Source: Eledone cirrhosa
Lineage: Eukaryota
Direction: 5' to 3'
DNA: 64,000 nucleotides
Assembly: GCA_964016885.1 (NCBI GenBank)
Contig: OZ024740.1
Location: 90,582,001-90,646,000, forward strand
A program made the position numbers and the translations under genes. The notes beneath the pieces are model-generated. The model was not told the DNA's origin and searched no databases. It saw nothing but the letters and a program-made list of their open reading frames with translations. Below are positions 1 through 12,200 of this stretch, in pieces. Position 1 is the first letter of the stretch; each line of letters starts with the position of its first letter.

Positions 1-96
1 GGTTTTCCTATTTTTATGAACGGATTATTGGAGGTGTAATCCGTTTGAAAAGTCGATTCAAAGCGGCACTTTTTCCCAGCGTTGAAGCGATTTCAG

Positions 97-777
97 TTAT
101 TCTCTGTTGCAGTCCCCTTTCCATAATTTGGAGATCTTCTCTACCTTGGGGCCTTCAGTTTTGTTGTTGATTACCAGAAGGATCTCTTCATCGATGGTTT
201 TGATTTTCTCCTCATTTGTCTGGGCCCTCAGTTTAAAATGTTCTATTTCTGTCTTCATTTTTTCCAATGCCATTCTTTCCCTAAGATGTCTTTGAGGTTC
301 GGGTTCATTTGGAATGGACTTTATTTGTAGTTTACGGGGGAGAGTTAGAGGGGTTGAGTTAAGCCATTTTTCATATATCTCTGCTTTGTTGTGATTTTGT
401 ATCATCTTCCAGAATGAGAACTTTCTGTCTCTGAGGGATTTGTTCCATTTTGGAATTCTTCGAATTTTCATTTTGTATGAATCAATCTCACATGGTTCTT
501 CGTTAGTTTTTCCTGGGTTGGTAGTAGTGAACATAGTTTGGATAGTATCGCAAAGGTTTTGGAGTTTGTCGCCGATTTCGGAGGGTTTGTATCCGGTGGC
601 GGTTTCCTTATTTGTGGAGTCAAGTTTGTCGACCAGCAAAGATAGGTTGGTGTTGATTTTCTTGAGTTCCTGTAGGATCTCTTCATTTGAGTTGATGAGG
701 GTTGTATCCGTTTTTGTTGGCATTTTCTGTATCTCGTGTGAGGATATGATAGTTAAAAGAATAGAGGTGTAACACAC
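97..777 (-). pseudogene. N-terminal region of a Penelope-like element ORF; the element runs off the left window edge
   Basis: The 226-aa ORF ends in ERMALEKMKTEIEHFKLRAQTNEEKIKTIDEEILLVINNKTEGPKVEKISKLWKGDC. This aligns by eye with [57 protein letters not shown] at the start of the PLE at 18207-21372. A (TA)n tract lies just upstream at 919. Confidence 0.65.
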
Positions 778-915
778 AAGTTATTATATATTTGTAAACT
801 GAATAGAAAATCGTGACAAATTGTTCACGGTTGAAAAATGATTTAATTAGGAATAAAAGAGTATTAGTAATTGTATGGGTTAGTATTCAGTTGTGGTTTT
901 AATAAATTGTTGTGG

Positions 916-918
<3 letters not shown>

Positions 919-1005
<87 letters not shown>
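919..1005. repeat. (TA)n microsatellite, representative of more than 30 TA/CA/GA tracts in the window
   Basis: Seen directly. Other large tracts lie at 2762-2830, 13353-13640, 15781-16203, 18050-18209, 21375-21737, 33168-33233, 34958-35061, 37500-38110 and 47175-47500. Confidence 0.99.
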
Positions 1006-1014
<9 letters not shown>

Positions 1015-2369
1015 TTATATAATTATATATTCGTGTACAGATATTTGTGCATACACAAAAACAATATATAAACAAACGTATTTATTTCACGAAAGCACAG
1101 ACGGCTTATCGTCATTGTTATTGCCAATATGCCACCCAAAATGTCCCACTACCTTTGGCAGAAGGCCAGAAATTACAAGTCCGCGGTTCGGAAACCACAT
1201 GCATCACTGACGAGTTTACTCTTTACTCTACCAGTTAGTCTTAGTGTACTTTGTCCAGCGTTTAGGTCATGCCTCGAAGGAAGATATACTCCATTGACCG
1301 AAATACTGCGAAAGCAGCAAAAAAGAGAACAAGGCGAACAAACGAATCCTCAGTGGAATCTGCTATTTGCCGGTCGCAAGATGATGAACGTACTGCCGCC
1401 AGAAGAGCACTTGAAACAGACAACCAACGAACCATTCGCCGAACCGTGTCAGCTTTGTGATGTCTATCAAAATATCCCAGGGTCAGACCCTAGTGTTGCT
1501 TGTCTTCTTTTGGAAGAGTCAAGTTTTACACACGCGCAACTATACGTTGGCTTCTCAAGAAAGGGATGCAAGTCAAATATCCTTGCATATGTCCGACACG
1601 GAAGAACAAGAAACATTGTGTACAAGGAGGTGCTACAATCATTGTTTGGGTAGACGAGGCAGAAGGGGATATACACGATTGGCTGAAGAAGGACGAGATT
1701 GTGGAAGTAGTACGACCAACGGCTGGTATCACACCAACAGCAGCAAAAACCAACAACACAACTGAGAGGGAACGCAATTACATGCTTTTGAAAAATATTA
1801 ATGGAAAATGATTTGCCTAAGCACAAAATGTAGACACCGTTGCCAGGCCGAGGTATTCCGTACTTCTCTGTACTGTTTCAGAAAGGAGGTATAAACATGC
1901 TAATCTATGTTTAGAAGCCTGAGCAACGTTGGGCCATTCTTCTAGTATATATATATAGCTGGATGTGTAAATAAATTTCTTATGTATTTATATATGCATA
2001 ATAACGTGGAACTAGAACATTAAATCATTTAAGTGTTTAGATACACCGCTGTAGTTCACTTCAACTATATTCACAAAATATAGGGGAAATGACATTGCGG
2101 AATCGTACATGAAGAAAGTCGTGATGCAGAATTCCGACTGATGTAGTTCCTGGTTAGAATGAAGGGGTAAAGTTCTCTTATTGTATGATATGTTATTGCT
2201 GTGTTAATCATTCATAGAATTGATTACATGATGTCAACTGAATACATTGTGAACCTGATGGAATATAATGTGCTATAGAAAACAATTTGCTTCTGGGGAG
2301 ATGAGATATATTAAGATTTGTAGTTATACACTTCAAAGCGATTGTCATAGACATAAGTACACACACGCT

Positions 2370-2403
<34 letters not shown>

Positions 2404-2410
<7 letters not shown>

Positions 2411-2618
2411 GCGAGGTTTGTTTTACAAAGTGAACAATAACCGAGGTGTCCTACACGAGTGAAAGTATAAAGAAAAAGAGATGAAATCGAAAATGCAACT
2501 GGAGTCTTATTTAAAAAAAATATATATATATTTATTTGGTTCCTTTACCGGTTTCGCAGTTCTTCTGCTTTTCAAAAGGTGAGTTGAGATGGAGGGTCTG
2601 TGGTTTTTCTCACATCTG
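2404..2618 (-). mobile_element. Solo PLE 3'-end (pLTR) fragment, same family as 21738-24277
   Basis: Nearly identical to 21738-21952, flanked by TA tracts on both sides, and contains the U3-A8 HHR. Confidence 0.85.
2542..2579 (-). ncRNA. Minimal type I hammerhead ribozyme, U3-A8 core variant
   Basis: Minus strand reads cctt-UUGAAAA-gcag aagaa ctgc-GAAA-ccgg-UA-aagg. Stems I and II pair perfectly and stem III is palindromic. Confidence 0.8.
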
Positions 2619-2654
2619 ATACATATATATATATATATATACACAACATTAAAT

Positions 2655-2758
2655 TAAGGGTTGTCATGTCTGAGAGACATGCACCATATCCACTGCAGAA
2701 TAAGCTCAAAGATTCCAATGAATAGATCCGAGCATTTTATATCAACTAGAAATAGATT

Positions 2759-2831
<73 letters not shown>

Positions 2832-3487
2832 CATAAACATATGAAACAATAACAAGGGATGATTTGTAAAGTGTATAAGCACACATAGCTAGGTAGGCAA
2901 CTAATTAAAGTTTAACTAGAACTTCAAATATAGATACCTTTTAAAATGATTAATCTCCTTTGTATATATTTCTTTAAATAAAACATATATTTCACCAATT
3001 AATCGGTAAATCACAGTAGCCAATTTACGGATGGTCACCAAATGAGAAGATCCAACCTACTGCGTTTACACACCAAATGCAAATATGCGAATGACTCGTA
3101 CCACGTGTTGCATTACAAACAAAATACACACATCGCACAGCGTCATCACAGTGGTAATAACAGGATTATTGACAGCTAAAAAATCAGCCGAGTCCATTCC
3201 ACTTAGTTAGGTCTACAATTAAGGGGCCGTATATATATCCAAAATTAAATTAAGTGTTGTTATTTCTGAGGGACATGCGACATATCCACTGCAGAATAAG
3301 CTCAAAGATTACAATGAATAGTTCGGAGCATTTTATATCAACTAGAAATAGATTGACATTTAGATATATAAAATAAACACATGAAACAATCACAGGGAAT
3401 AATTTGTAAAGTGCGTAAGCACACATAACTAGGTAGCCAACTAATTAAAGTTTAACTAGAACTTCAAATATAGATACCTTTTAAAAT
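2655..3487. repeat. Partial tandem repeat (about 590-bp unit); same family occurs inverted at 17247-17822
   Basis: 2655-2945 is repeated at 3250-3487, with a TA expansion inside the first copy. A diverged reverse-complement copy lies at 17360-17822. Confidence 0.8.
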
Positions 3488-5119
3488 AACGATTGCCTCT
3501 TATTTTGTTTCACTGTCATCCCATCCGCGTCAAACTTCTTCGTAGATAAGGCTATCGACCAGCTGCAAAACTGCATCGTTTATGACGCAGGTGGCAAAAT
3601 ATATTTGTGCTTTCCACATGATTGGTGGGGCCATTTTGTGGGATAGAAGTTTTATGCATTACCATCTATTTTGTTATAGTCGGGAAGTAGTTCTACTCAC
3701 TTTGTTGTATATCATGTACGTTGTTTCACAAGGATTTTGGAGTGGTGTTGCGGTTGGTTATTCTTACACCTGACTTCATATGATTAGGGTAACCAGATTT
3801 CTGGAGGAGTGCACTTTGGAGGAGTATAAACGAGCAGAATCAGTACATGATCTATACACACATATCTTGGTGTTATTGGTAATGGTGTGATTGGCCAAAC
3901 TCTCTTTTCCAATTTTCCGCAGACAACATATGCCTTCTCGATGTGCAGATTCATTTGAGTATACAAGGAACCGTCACATAACAATATGCTATTCAAGTAG
4001 ACAATATTATCTACTACCCACAACCTGATTCCGTCAATCATGCTATTGTGTTAAGTGTATGATTCTCCTGGAATAGGGGTAACCATTACTTTGGTTTTTT
4101 AAGCCTGATTTTAAGCTCAACTGATGTACAGGAGAATAAGAAATGGTCCACAAGTAGCTACATATCAGTTCGTGCGTGCTTGGAAGTCAGTGTCGTCGGC
4201 GTAAAGAAGGTCTCTGATCAAAGCTTGAACTATTTTTGTTTTGGAATTAAACCTTCTTCAGTTGGAATCATATCTGATAGATCTGAAGCATAACAGTATC
4301 TTTGTCACCATCATGGAATGCATGTGTGTGAAAGGCAGCAAAGGAAATTGTGAAAACCGTTTGAACAGGAAACTGTCATTGCTTTAATTCATTGTCATTT
4401 GGGATTGCCCAAAATTAACTTGATCTTTCATATTTCTGAGCAGTTGCTTTAGCATACTCACAATATTGGCTATACATCCTATTTCCCAAGTATTATCCAT
4501 AGGGCATCTATGTTAAGCGTGTCAGAAGCTTTTGTTACGTTGACAAAGACATGATGGAGAATGACACGCTGTTCAATGCATTTCCTTTGGTATTTTTCTT
4601 ACGGAGAAAATCATGTCAATTATTCTCCTGTCTCATCTGAAGCTACTTTGTGATTCTGAAATAGCTTTGGACAAATATCCACCTACAATCTGTTGCGCAA
4701 TAGTCTTGCAAGAAGCTTTCCAACATATTTCAAAAACGTAATACCATGATAGTTGCCACATATCTATTTCTCACATTTGCTTTTGTATAACGATAGCAAA
4801 ATACCAGTGATCCAATCCCGTGGAACCGGAAACCCATTCCAGCAATCAGAGATGAAGTTAGTTATGGCTTTCATGACATTATCACTACAGACTATCAGCA
4901 GTTCAAATGGGATACCATCTTGACCTGGTTTCTTATCAGATATAACATGCTTGCTTGCCTAGTTTATTTCATCAGTATAGGGAAGCCGATCCATACGTTA
5001 AACTGTCTTGCTTTGAGTAAGGACCTCTATCACTCCAAAATCGACTGCTGTTGCGTTATCAAACAGGTCAGTAAAATGTTCCTCCCAACGATGAATAATT
5101 TGTGATGGCTCTCTGATAA

Positions 5120-5890
5120 CACCGTGTAACATGTATTTTGTTCCCCGGTTGTAAGTATCATTTCTTGGTTTTTTATATCCGATTATTATTAAAAAAAACA
5201 CTATTATTTAATCAGAAGTTCGGGTTTGTGGTCAAAAGTTTGATATTTTAAAATGTTCATATTTTTCAAGAAAAACCATTTTTTTAAATGTTATCAGTTC
5301 ATATTATTAAACGGTGAATTGGCAGTATCGGTAGAGGGTTGGACGCCATTCTTTGACGCATAGAGTTACGGCCCTTGCCATTCTGAGTTCAAATCCCGCC
5401 GAGGTTAACTTTGCCTTTCATCCTTACGGGGTCGATAAAATAAAGTACCAGTAATGTACTGGGTAATTTGCTGGCCTTGTGCCAAAAGTAGAAACAATTA
5501 TTAAATCAACAGAGTATATATTTATTTTATTACACAAACTTATCAAAAGCCAACAAGTAAAAACAAATAACACTTATAAAGCAACTTTAACACGTTAGAA
5601 ATGACTGGATTTCCTGTATTTGCGGTTGTACTCCAGGTCGCATTCCCGCACTAGCCCCCAGATATAGTCCCCCATCATCTTCTCATTGTAGTGGCCCTGG
5701 TACCTCCGCTCTATCTCTTTAACATCTTGGTGGAATCGTTCGCCTTGTTCTTCTGAGTAGGCGCCCATATTGTCCTTTAATTTTTCCTGGTGAGCCTCCA
5801 ACATATGGAGTTTAAGAGATATCCTGCATCCCATGGCGCCAACAGCCTTTAGCAGATCCTGCACCACTTGCTGGTAGTTTTCAGCTCTCA
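5120..5890 (-). mobile_element. Chapaev3-like (CMC superfamily) DNA transposon 3' fragment with transposase C-terminus (5595-5867)
   Basis: The peptide MGCRISLKLHMLEAHQEKLKDNMGAYSEEQGERFHQDVKEIERRYQGHYNEKMMGDYIWGL carries the SxEQGERFHQD motif. A CAC-starting terminus (caccgtgtaaca) lies at 5120. The family assignment is from memory. Confidence 0.7.
5312..5502 (+). mobile_element. tRNA-derived SINE (about 190 bp)
   Basis: A-box-like tggcagtatcgg, B-box gagttcaaatcc, core gcctttcatccttacggggtcgataaaataaagtaccagt and an aattatt tail. Six near-complete copies occur in the window. Confidence 0.9.
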
Positions 5891-7802
5891 GAGGAGTTAC
5901 TGTCTATATTGGTTGTCCGAAGACCTGGTGTTAAATGCCTGTTGAATATGCGAACAGTTATTATTTTACCATTCATTTTTTATCCCGAGTAGATCAAACG
6001 TTTCCTTGTGAACTATGTAGGCTTCCCTAAGAGTTGGTAGCGCTCTGGATTCTAATACAGGATCTTTTCATAGAGAGTGTGGTTGATTTTCAGTAGATGG
6101 CTAATATTAGTATCGTTGTTATCAAACCAATCTAGGTGTTTCTTGGTTCAGAAATCAAGCACATCAACTCCTAATGAGTAAAGGTATCTAAGGTTTTCCA
6201 ATAGGCCATCAGAATAAACACTATCACGTCTTTCAGTTAAGTTTGCATACACATCTGCTTGCCACAATTTGGTGATATCAATGCGCTTCGGAGCCTTCAC
6301 TCTACTCATAAGAATTAATGTTCTCGCACTAATTCTCTGCCGTATTCTCCACTACGCAACACACGAACCGGACACACACCACTTAGATCTTGTATATATC
6401 GCTTTATATTTGCGTATCTGAGTGAAAAGTGTGTTGCAGACGGCTACGTCGATATTTGAACAGAGTTCAAGCAACCTCAGCCCGCTTGTGTTCATTTTAA
6501 CGATAACAAATGTAGAGAGCATGCCCAACATCACGTGATCACTACCCACATGAGTATATAAATAACAGAGAATTAATTATTTATCGTCAGCAGATGTACA
6601 TGCAATTACTGCATAAAAGAGTCATATAAATCATCAAGGGTTCCCTCACTGGCTCCTAGGATTGATGCATAGGTAAATGAAAGTGTTACATAACGGCCGC
6701 ATATCAAGTGAATAAGAAACGTCAGAATGGGGTCAGTTAGGACATTCCATACGATCAAGCTGAGATGTTCTAATGTGAAAGTAACACCGCCCTTTTTCCT
6801 TTCAGCTATTGGCTTACCTACCCCTAAAAGAGAACAGTGTGACTATGCTTTATTAATTGATCTTCTGATAAGATTATTGTTCTTTTGATGATGTTGTTTT
6901 TGATATTGGTGTTCATAAGTTCTGACCGAGTCACTAACACCGAAGTCGAACTATTAATAGTTTTGTCGTCTCTTCATTTCAGAATTGAAGGACGGCAATA
7001 TAGACATCCAGGTATAGTTAATTTGTGCTTTCTCGTCCTTCTCTTTACCATATTTAAATCAAAGCACATGCTTATGAGAATGTTATTCTGTTTGAAAAAA
7101 AAAAACAAATCGACAAAAGTACATCACCCTGTGCATCTATGGCAGAAATGTTTCCTGCTTATCAGATCAGTTTTCATGTTTAAACATTGGAATGAAATAT
7201 GCAGGCGAAAACGCCACAATAAAACCAAGAAAGTAGACATACATTCCCCGACGACATAACAGGTTGCAACTTGAACACACATGCATACATATATACATAA
7301 ACACATACATACATATATCCACTATATACATACATGCAATCATACAGGAATGATAACTTCTTGGAGGACAATTTTTTTAGTAGCTCTAACTGTTTCAAAC
7401 ACTTTATGATTGCCATTTGTTTTCAGAAAATTGCATACACAAGAACTCATTCTCCAGTCTCCTTCTCAGCAAGAAAGATGAAAAGAATGTTGCCTCATCC
7501 CTTAATTTAAAATCTTAAATTTTTAGTTTTTATTTCTTATTAATTATTTTTAATTGTAATGCTCAACATTTGATAAGATGAATTTTTATAATATATCGAA
7601 GCCGGCAATAATGTATATACTTTATATGCATTATAAAACTCATTTTAAAAAGAATGATCCCTCTCATTTCTTTAATAATGTCTGTTTGACGAATCAAAGA
7701 AAGGAAAACAAAGAAAAACAGACCTTAACATATATTGTACGTGCTATTTCCAACTTCACCTTTTTTCTATATCCACTGTTTTGTATAGAACATGACTTCC
7801 CT

Positions 7803-7842
<40 letters not shown>

Positions 7843-7846
<4 letters not shown>

Positions 7847-8864
7847 ATTAGCCTGCTTTCAAATTCCCTTTCTGGCATATTTCAACAGTGATTGTTGGGT
7901 TATCGTGTTTGAGCTCTACTGATGAACGGTTCCAACCGTGACTAACCCCACTGAAAAGTTTCGTGAAATAGTATTTTTAAGACTATATAGAGCATTTGTA
8001 TTTTTTCCAAATTGAAGGATAAGTATTTAACCTTAATTTTATTCTGAGTTAAGACTCTATTGGTTTATTCCCTGGATTTCACAAAATCTGTGGATAACAT
8101 TTTTGTCTTGACTTTTTTTAAATTTAGTATGAACTATTTTCCCTTATCTTACATTAAACATTTTCCATCTTGACGTTATAGTCACTTATATATTATGAAA
8201 TACTGTTGGCTTCTTGCTCACATTAATGTCTCTATTTTCATTTATATTTATACTCGGAATGTTTCCTAGAGAGCTTAAAAATATTTGTGACTAATCCCGG
8301 TCTTTTTTTTTTAAAACCGCGATAATATTGCTATATGCTGAACCCCATATCTTTTGTTGAGTTTTTTCGGTTTGTTTTGACTGCTGTTTCTTGTAAACAC
8401 ACTTTAATCTCATTCTGACGTCATTAGCCCTGTTCTCCTTGTGTGTTTATTTTCATAATTCCACACGAGGTGTACTAACCTGGTTTTAAATTCCCTTTCT
8501 GGCATATTTTAGCAGTGGTTTTTGGTTATCGTGTTTGAGCTCTACTGATGACAGACTCCAATCGTGACTACCCCCACTGACAAGTTTCGTGAAATAGTAT
8601 TTTTAAGACTATATAGAGCATATGTAGTTTTTCCAAATTGAAGGTTAAGTATTTAACCTTAATTTTATTCTGAGTTAAGACTCTATTGGTTTTTTCCCTG
8701 GATTTCACCAAATCCGTGGATAAAATTTTTGTCTTGATTTTTTTAAATTGAGTTAGAATTATTTATCCATATCTTACGTTAAATATTTTCTATCTTGATG
8801 TTATCGTCACTTATATATTATGAAATACTGTTGGCTTGTTGCTCACATTAATTTCTCTATTTTC

Positions 8865-8868
<4 letters not shown>
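7843..8868 (+). repeat. Tandem HHR-containing repeat (1.6 copies of a 626-bp unit) between TA tracts
   Basis: 7843-8245 is repeated at 8470-8868. CTGATGA occurs at 7919 and 8545. Confidence 0.9.
7913..7993 (+). ncRNA. Type I hammerhead ribozyme (second copy at 8539-8619 has an altered stem II)
   Basis: gctcta-CUGAUGA-acg...cgt-GAAA-tagt..acta-UA-tagagc, with a 6-bp stem I. Confidence 0.85.
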
Positions 8869-8900
<32 letters not shown>

Positions 8901-9209
8901 TTGTTATATAGTAAGGTGCATGATTGGTTGGGTCCAATAAATTTATGTTAGCAATATTAAGTTCTCCACGCTTTTGTATATCTCCAATTCCATTCAAGGG
9001 AACAGCTAGATGATGTAAAACGGAGTATAAGTATCAAAATGAAAATCCGAAGGCAAGGTAAAATTTCAATCATTTAATCCCGACACATGTTTCATTAAGA
9101 TATAGATCGATTGTGAAGTCATGATCGATTATCACTGATCTCATCAGCGCTTACCATGATTGATTATCACTGATCTCATCGGCGCTTACCGTGGCGACGT
9201 TTTGTTTAC

Positions 9210-12200
9210 TGTGTCGTTCAATAATAATAGTATGGTAGAGAGAGTGAGGAAAAAAACTAAGCAAATTCTTCAAGAACATAGACCTAAGTATAGTATTTGA
9301 AGATAACTTAAAGATAGTTAATTTTCTAGACGTTACACTTAACCTCAATTCAGGACTCCTCCAACCCTACCACAAACCCAACGAGAATTAAACTATGTCA
9401 ACGCAAAATCGAACCATCCTAGAATAGTCACTAACGGTATTACCAAAAGCGTCTCTAGTAGAATTTCAGGACTATATTCCAATGAAGATACCTTTAATAA
9501 GATCTCGAATTACTATAATAGCGCCCTGGAACGCGCGGAGCATAGCGAGGGAAACCCATTCAAACGTCCATTAAATAGTAGAAGCAACATTGCCTGCGAT
9601 AGCTTAGGCCAAAATAGTGACACTCTAGTTAACAGCAGGCGTGATACGAGGGAGGATTTATAAAGACTTCATGTTTTATTGCCGCCTAGTCCCAATGCTG
9701 TTGTTACCAATGGATACAAGCACCCAGGTCTTGAGACACGGGGTCTGTGAAACGTAACGCCAGCGGAAACTATAATGGTAACCTTAATTGTAGAACCGAT
9801 AAAACTACAGTTGAATGCAATTTGGAACGAGGGTCGAGTAGGGGGAATAGGGACAAGTGTAGCAGACTCATAGTGGATATAACAGCGGCTATCGAGGGTA
9901 ATCCCAATGGCCGCACGGGGGATACACCGCCCTGCAGACTTGGGACATTTCCGAACACAATCGTGACACCCCAGGACACCATCGACCCACAGGCAATTTC
10001 CAGTTACAATAGACCAGTACCTACTAGGGAGACAGGTAACTCTAATATAGTTAGTAAGAACAAGAAGCATCGGACCAGAAAAGTCATGTGGTATAATCCC
10101 CCTTACTCCACTGGCATGACCACTAGTATAGCCAAGCTCTTCTTTAGAACTTTAGACAAATGCTTCCCTAGATCGCATAGATATTATAAAATATTCAATA
10201 GGTATACCATCAAGCTCTCCTACTCCATAACTAGTAACATAGCTCAGAATATAGCTAAGATGAATTATAGTAGACTTAGGACAGCCCAAGAGGGAATTAG
10301 GCATGGTAGGAACAATGGCAGCTCTATGGAGGAACTGACTCATACACGTGAGGCGAGTCGGGTCTTCCCAACCCGAGGGAATTTACCCATAGAGCAGACA
10401 TGAACTGAGACCCGACCCCTAAGGTACTGTGTTCCATTTGGAACTACCAAGGTCGATAGCAAAAATTGTAAATGCAGAAGCACCACCACCTGCCCCATGG
10501 GTGGGAAATGCCTTACCAAAAACATAGTCTACTGTAAGGTATCCACTCCTGATAGCACCTTTAGTTATGCTGGGGCAACTGCCACGGAATTTAAGGATAT
10601 ATGGTATAATCACCGCCATACCTTTAATAAATTAGATTAACAAAAATAACACGGCACTTTCTGAATTAATCTGGAAGCTTAAACATCAGAATATAGAGCA
10701 CTCCTTCTCCTGGTCCATAGTTTGCTTAGCCCAACCTTATAACGGCGGCACTGGCGTCTGCAATTTATGTATAGCTGAAACCTTTAATATTATTAGAGGC
10801 TGTCTCATATTAATTAATAGGAGAGCTGATCTTTTCAGCAACTGCCAACATAGAACCTCGAAGACCTTCCGCAGGATTTTTGGAATGTAACCTACCACTA
10901 ACTCCTCCCTCTCTACTTTAGCCATAGAGTTCTCTCATTAAACATACAGTCACACACTCAGATAGTTAGACGGCTAAGATTGTTTGCGAACCTACAAACG
11001 ATACTCGACCTGTTTCCACGGAGTTCTCACAGCTGAGTGCACCTTTTTAGAATACCTACCTAGTAAATAGTTAGATTGATTACACACTTAGAATACCTAG
11101 TTAGTAATTGATTGCACACTCAATCATGACCGATTACTTTAAGATGCCCTAACCATTCAGTTCTCTCAGTTGGGATATAGCTAGTCGTATTACACACATA
11201 GTTAGGACCGATTACGCTTTCTATACATAACTCTACACACCGTACCCGTTTCGTTTAGACATTGAGCTCCCACAATTACGACTATCACGTTCCTACCGAC
11301 AGAACACTAGACTACGTTTTGATCCGTGATCATCTAACCATGGAGGACTCACTGTTACGGATTGAACAATATTACTTACACACCATTAATGGGCCTACAC
11401 ACATCTTCTGGATTTTACTACCCTGTGTTTTTTTACTTCACCTTTTGTGTTGGATAACACACTTCCACTACTCAAACAACTATCTTAAAAGTTCATTGGC
11501 GTATATGACGGGAAATCGCACTTACTGACGCATTTACCTAATACCCAACCCTAAACGGAGCATCTTGCTGGCCTACATTGCGGTTGCTTGCACGCACGGA
11601 TTTGGTGACTCGGATTCTCAATTGGACATACTGAGTTCGATATGAACTGATTGCTTGCTCTTCACATGGATGTGTTTATACCCAGACATACCCTTTTTTG
11701 GAGGATTCGGATGTGTATATACCATAACATACACTTGAAGATATGGATGTTACAATTCAATCTATACACGTTTAGCAGAACACTGAACTGAACGCACTTG
11801 CGTGTGTGTGTGTGGGGGGGGGGGGGGGGGCGTTGGTTAACCCAATATTTCCAATTTACATCGTCAAATTAAGATTTGACCAGTATACCATCTGTTGTTT
11901 TGTGAACTAACTTTCGGTGAATGCTGTGTTGGTACATTCTTATATTTGTTACCTTATATTTGTTTTTTCTCTGACATCGCTTCGGTGTGTGTGAGAGTGT
12001 GGTGTACCCACCCACACTAATTGTAACCTTGTATAATTTTACACGTTTGATACTGTGTTGATGTGTGTATATATATGTATATATATTTCTTTGACCTCGA
12101 ACCGGTGTATGTGGGTGTGGAGTGCGTGTGTACACACTCACATTAACTATATCCCTACATATTTGATTGATGTCCAGCGTCTTTTGCAGCGATAGAAATC

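Larger units (their letters stand above)
3490..6850 (-). mobile_element. Heavily degraded RTE-clade LINE (endonuclease about 5900-6850, RT about 3500-5100), interrupted by a DNA transposon
   Basis: Minus-strand fragments YKSKCEK*ICGNYHGI, QRKCIEQRVILHHVFVNVTKASDTLNIDALWIILGK and KMNTSGLRLLELCSNIDVAVCNTLF match RTE ORF motifs. Many stops and frameshifts. Confidence 0.75.

Noticed and set aside
9075-9200. Minus-strand ctgatga...gaaa-catgtg-tc motif with a 34-bp local duplication
   Set aside because: Stem I does not pair (gcg versus ggg). It is probably a rearranged HHR remnant and was not counted.
10401-10403. In-frame TGA in the Naiad-like ORF as possible selenocysteine recoding (known for some Naiads)
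   Set aside because: It lies in a variable linker rather than at a conserved Cys, the copy has other stops and frameshifts, and I saw no SECIS.
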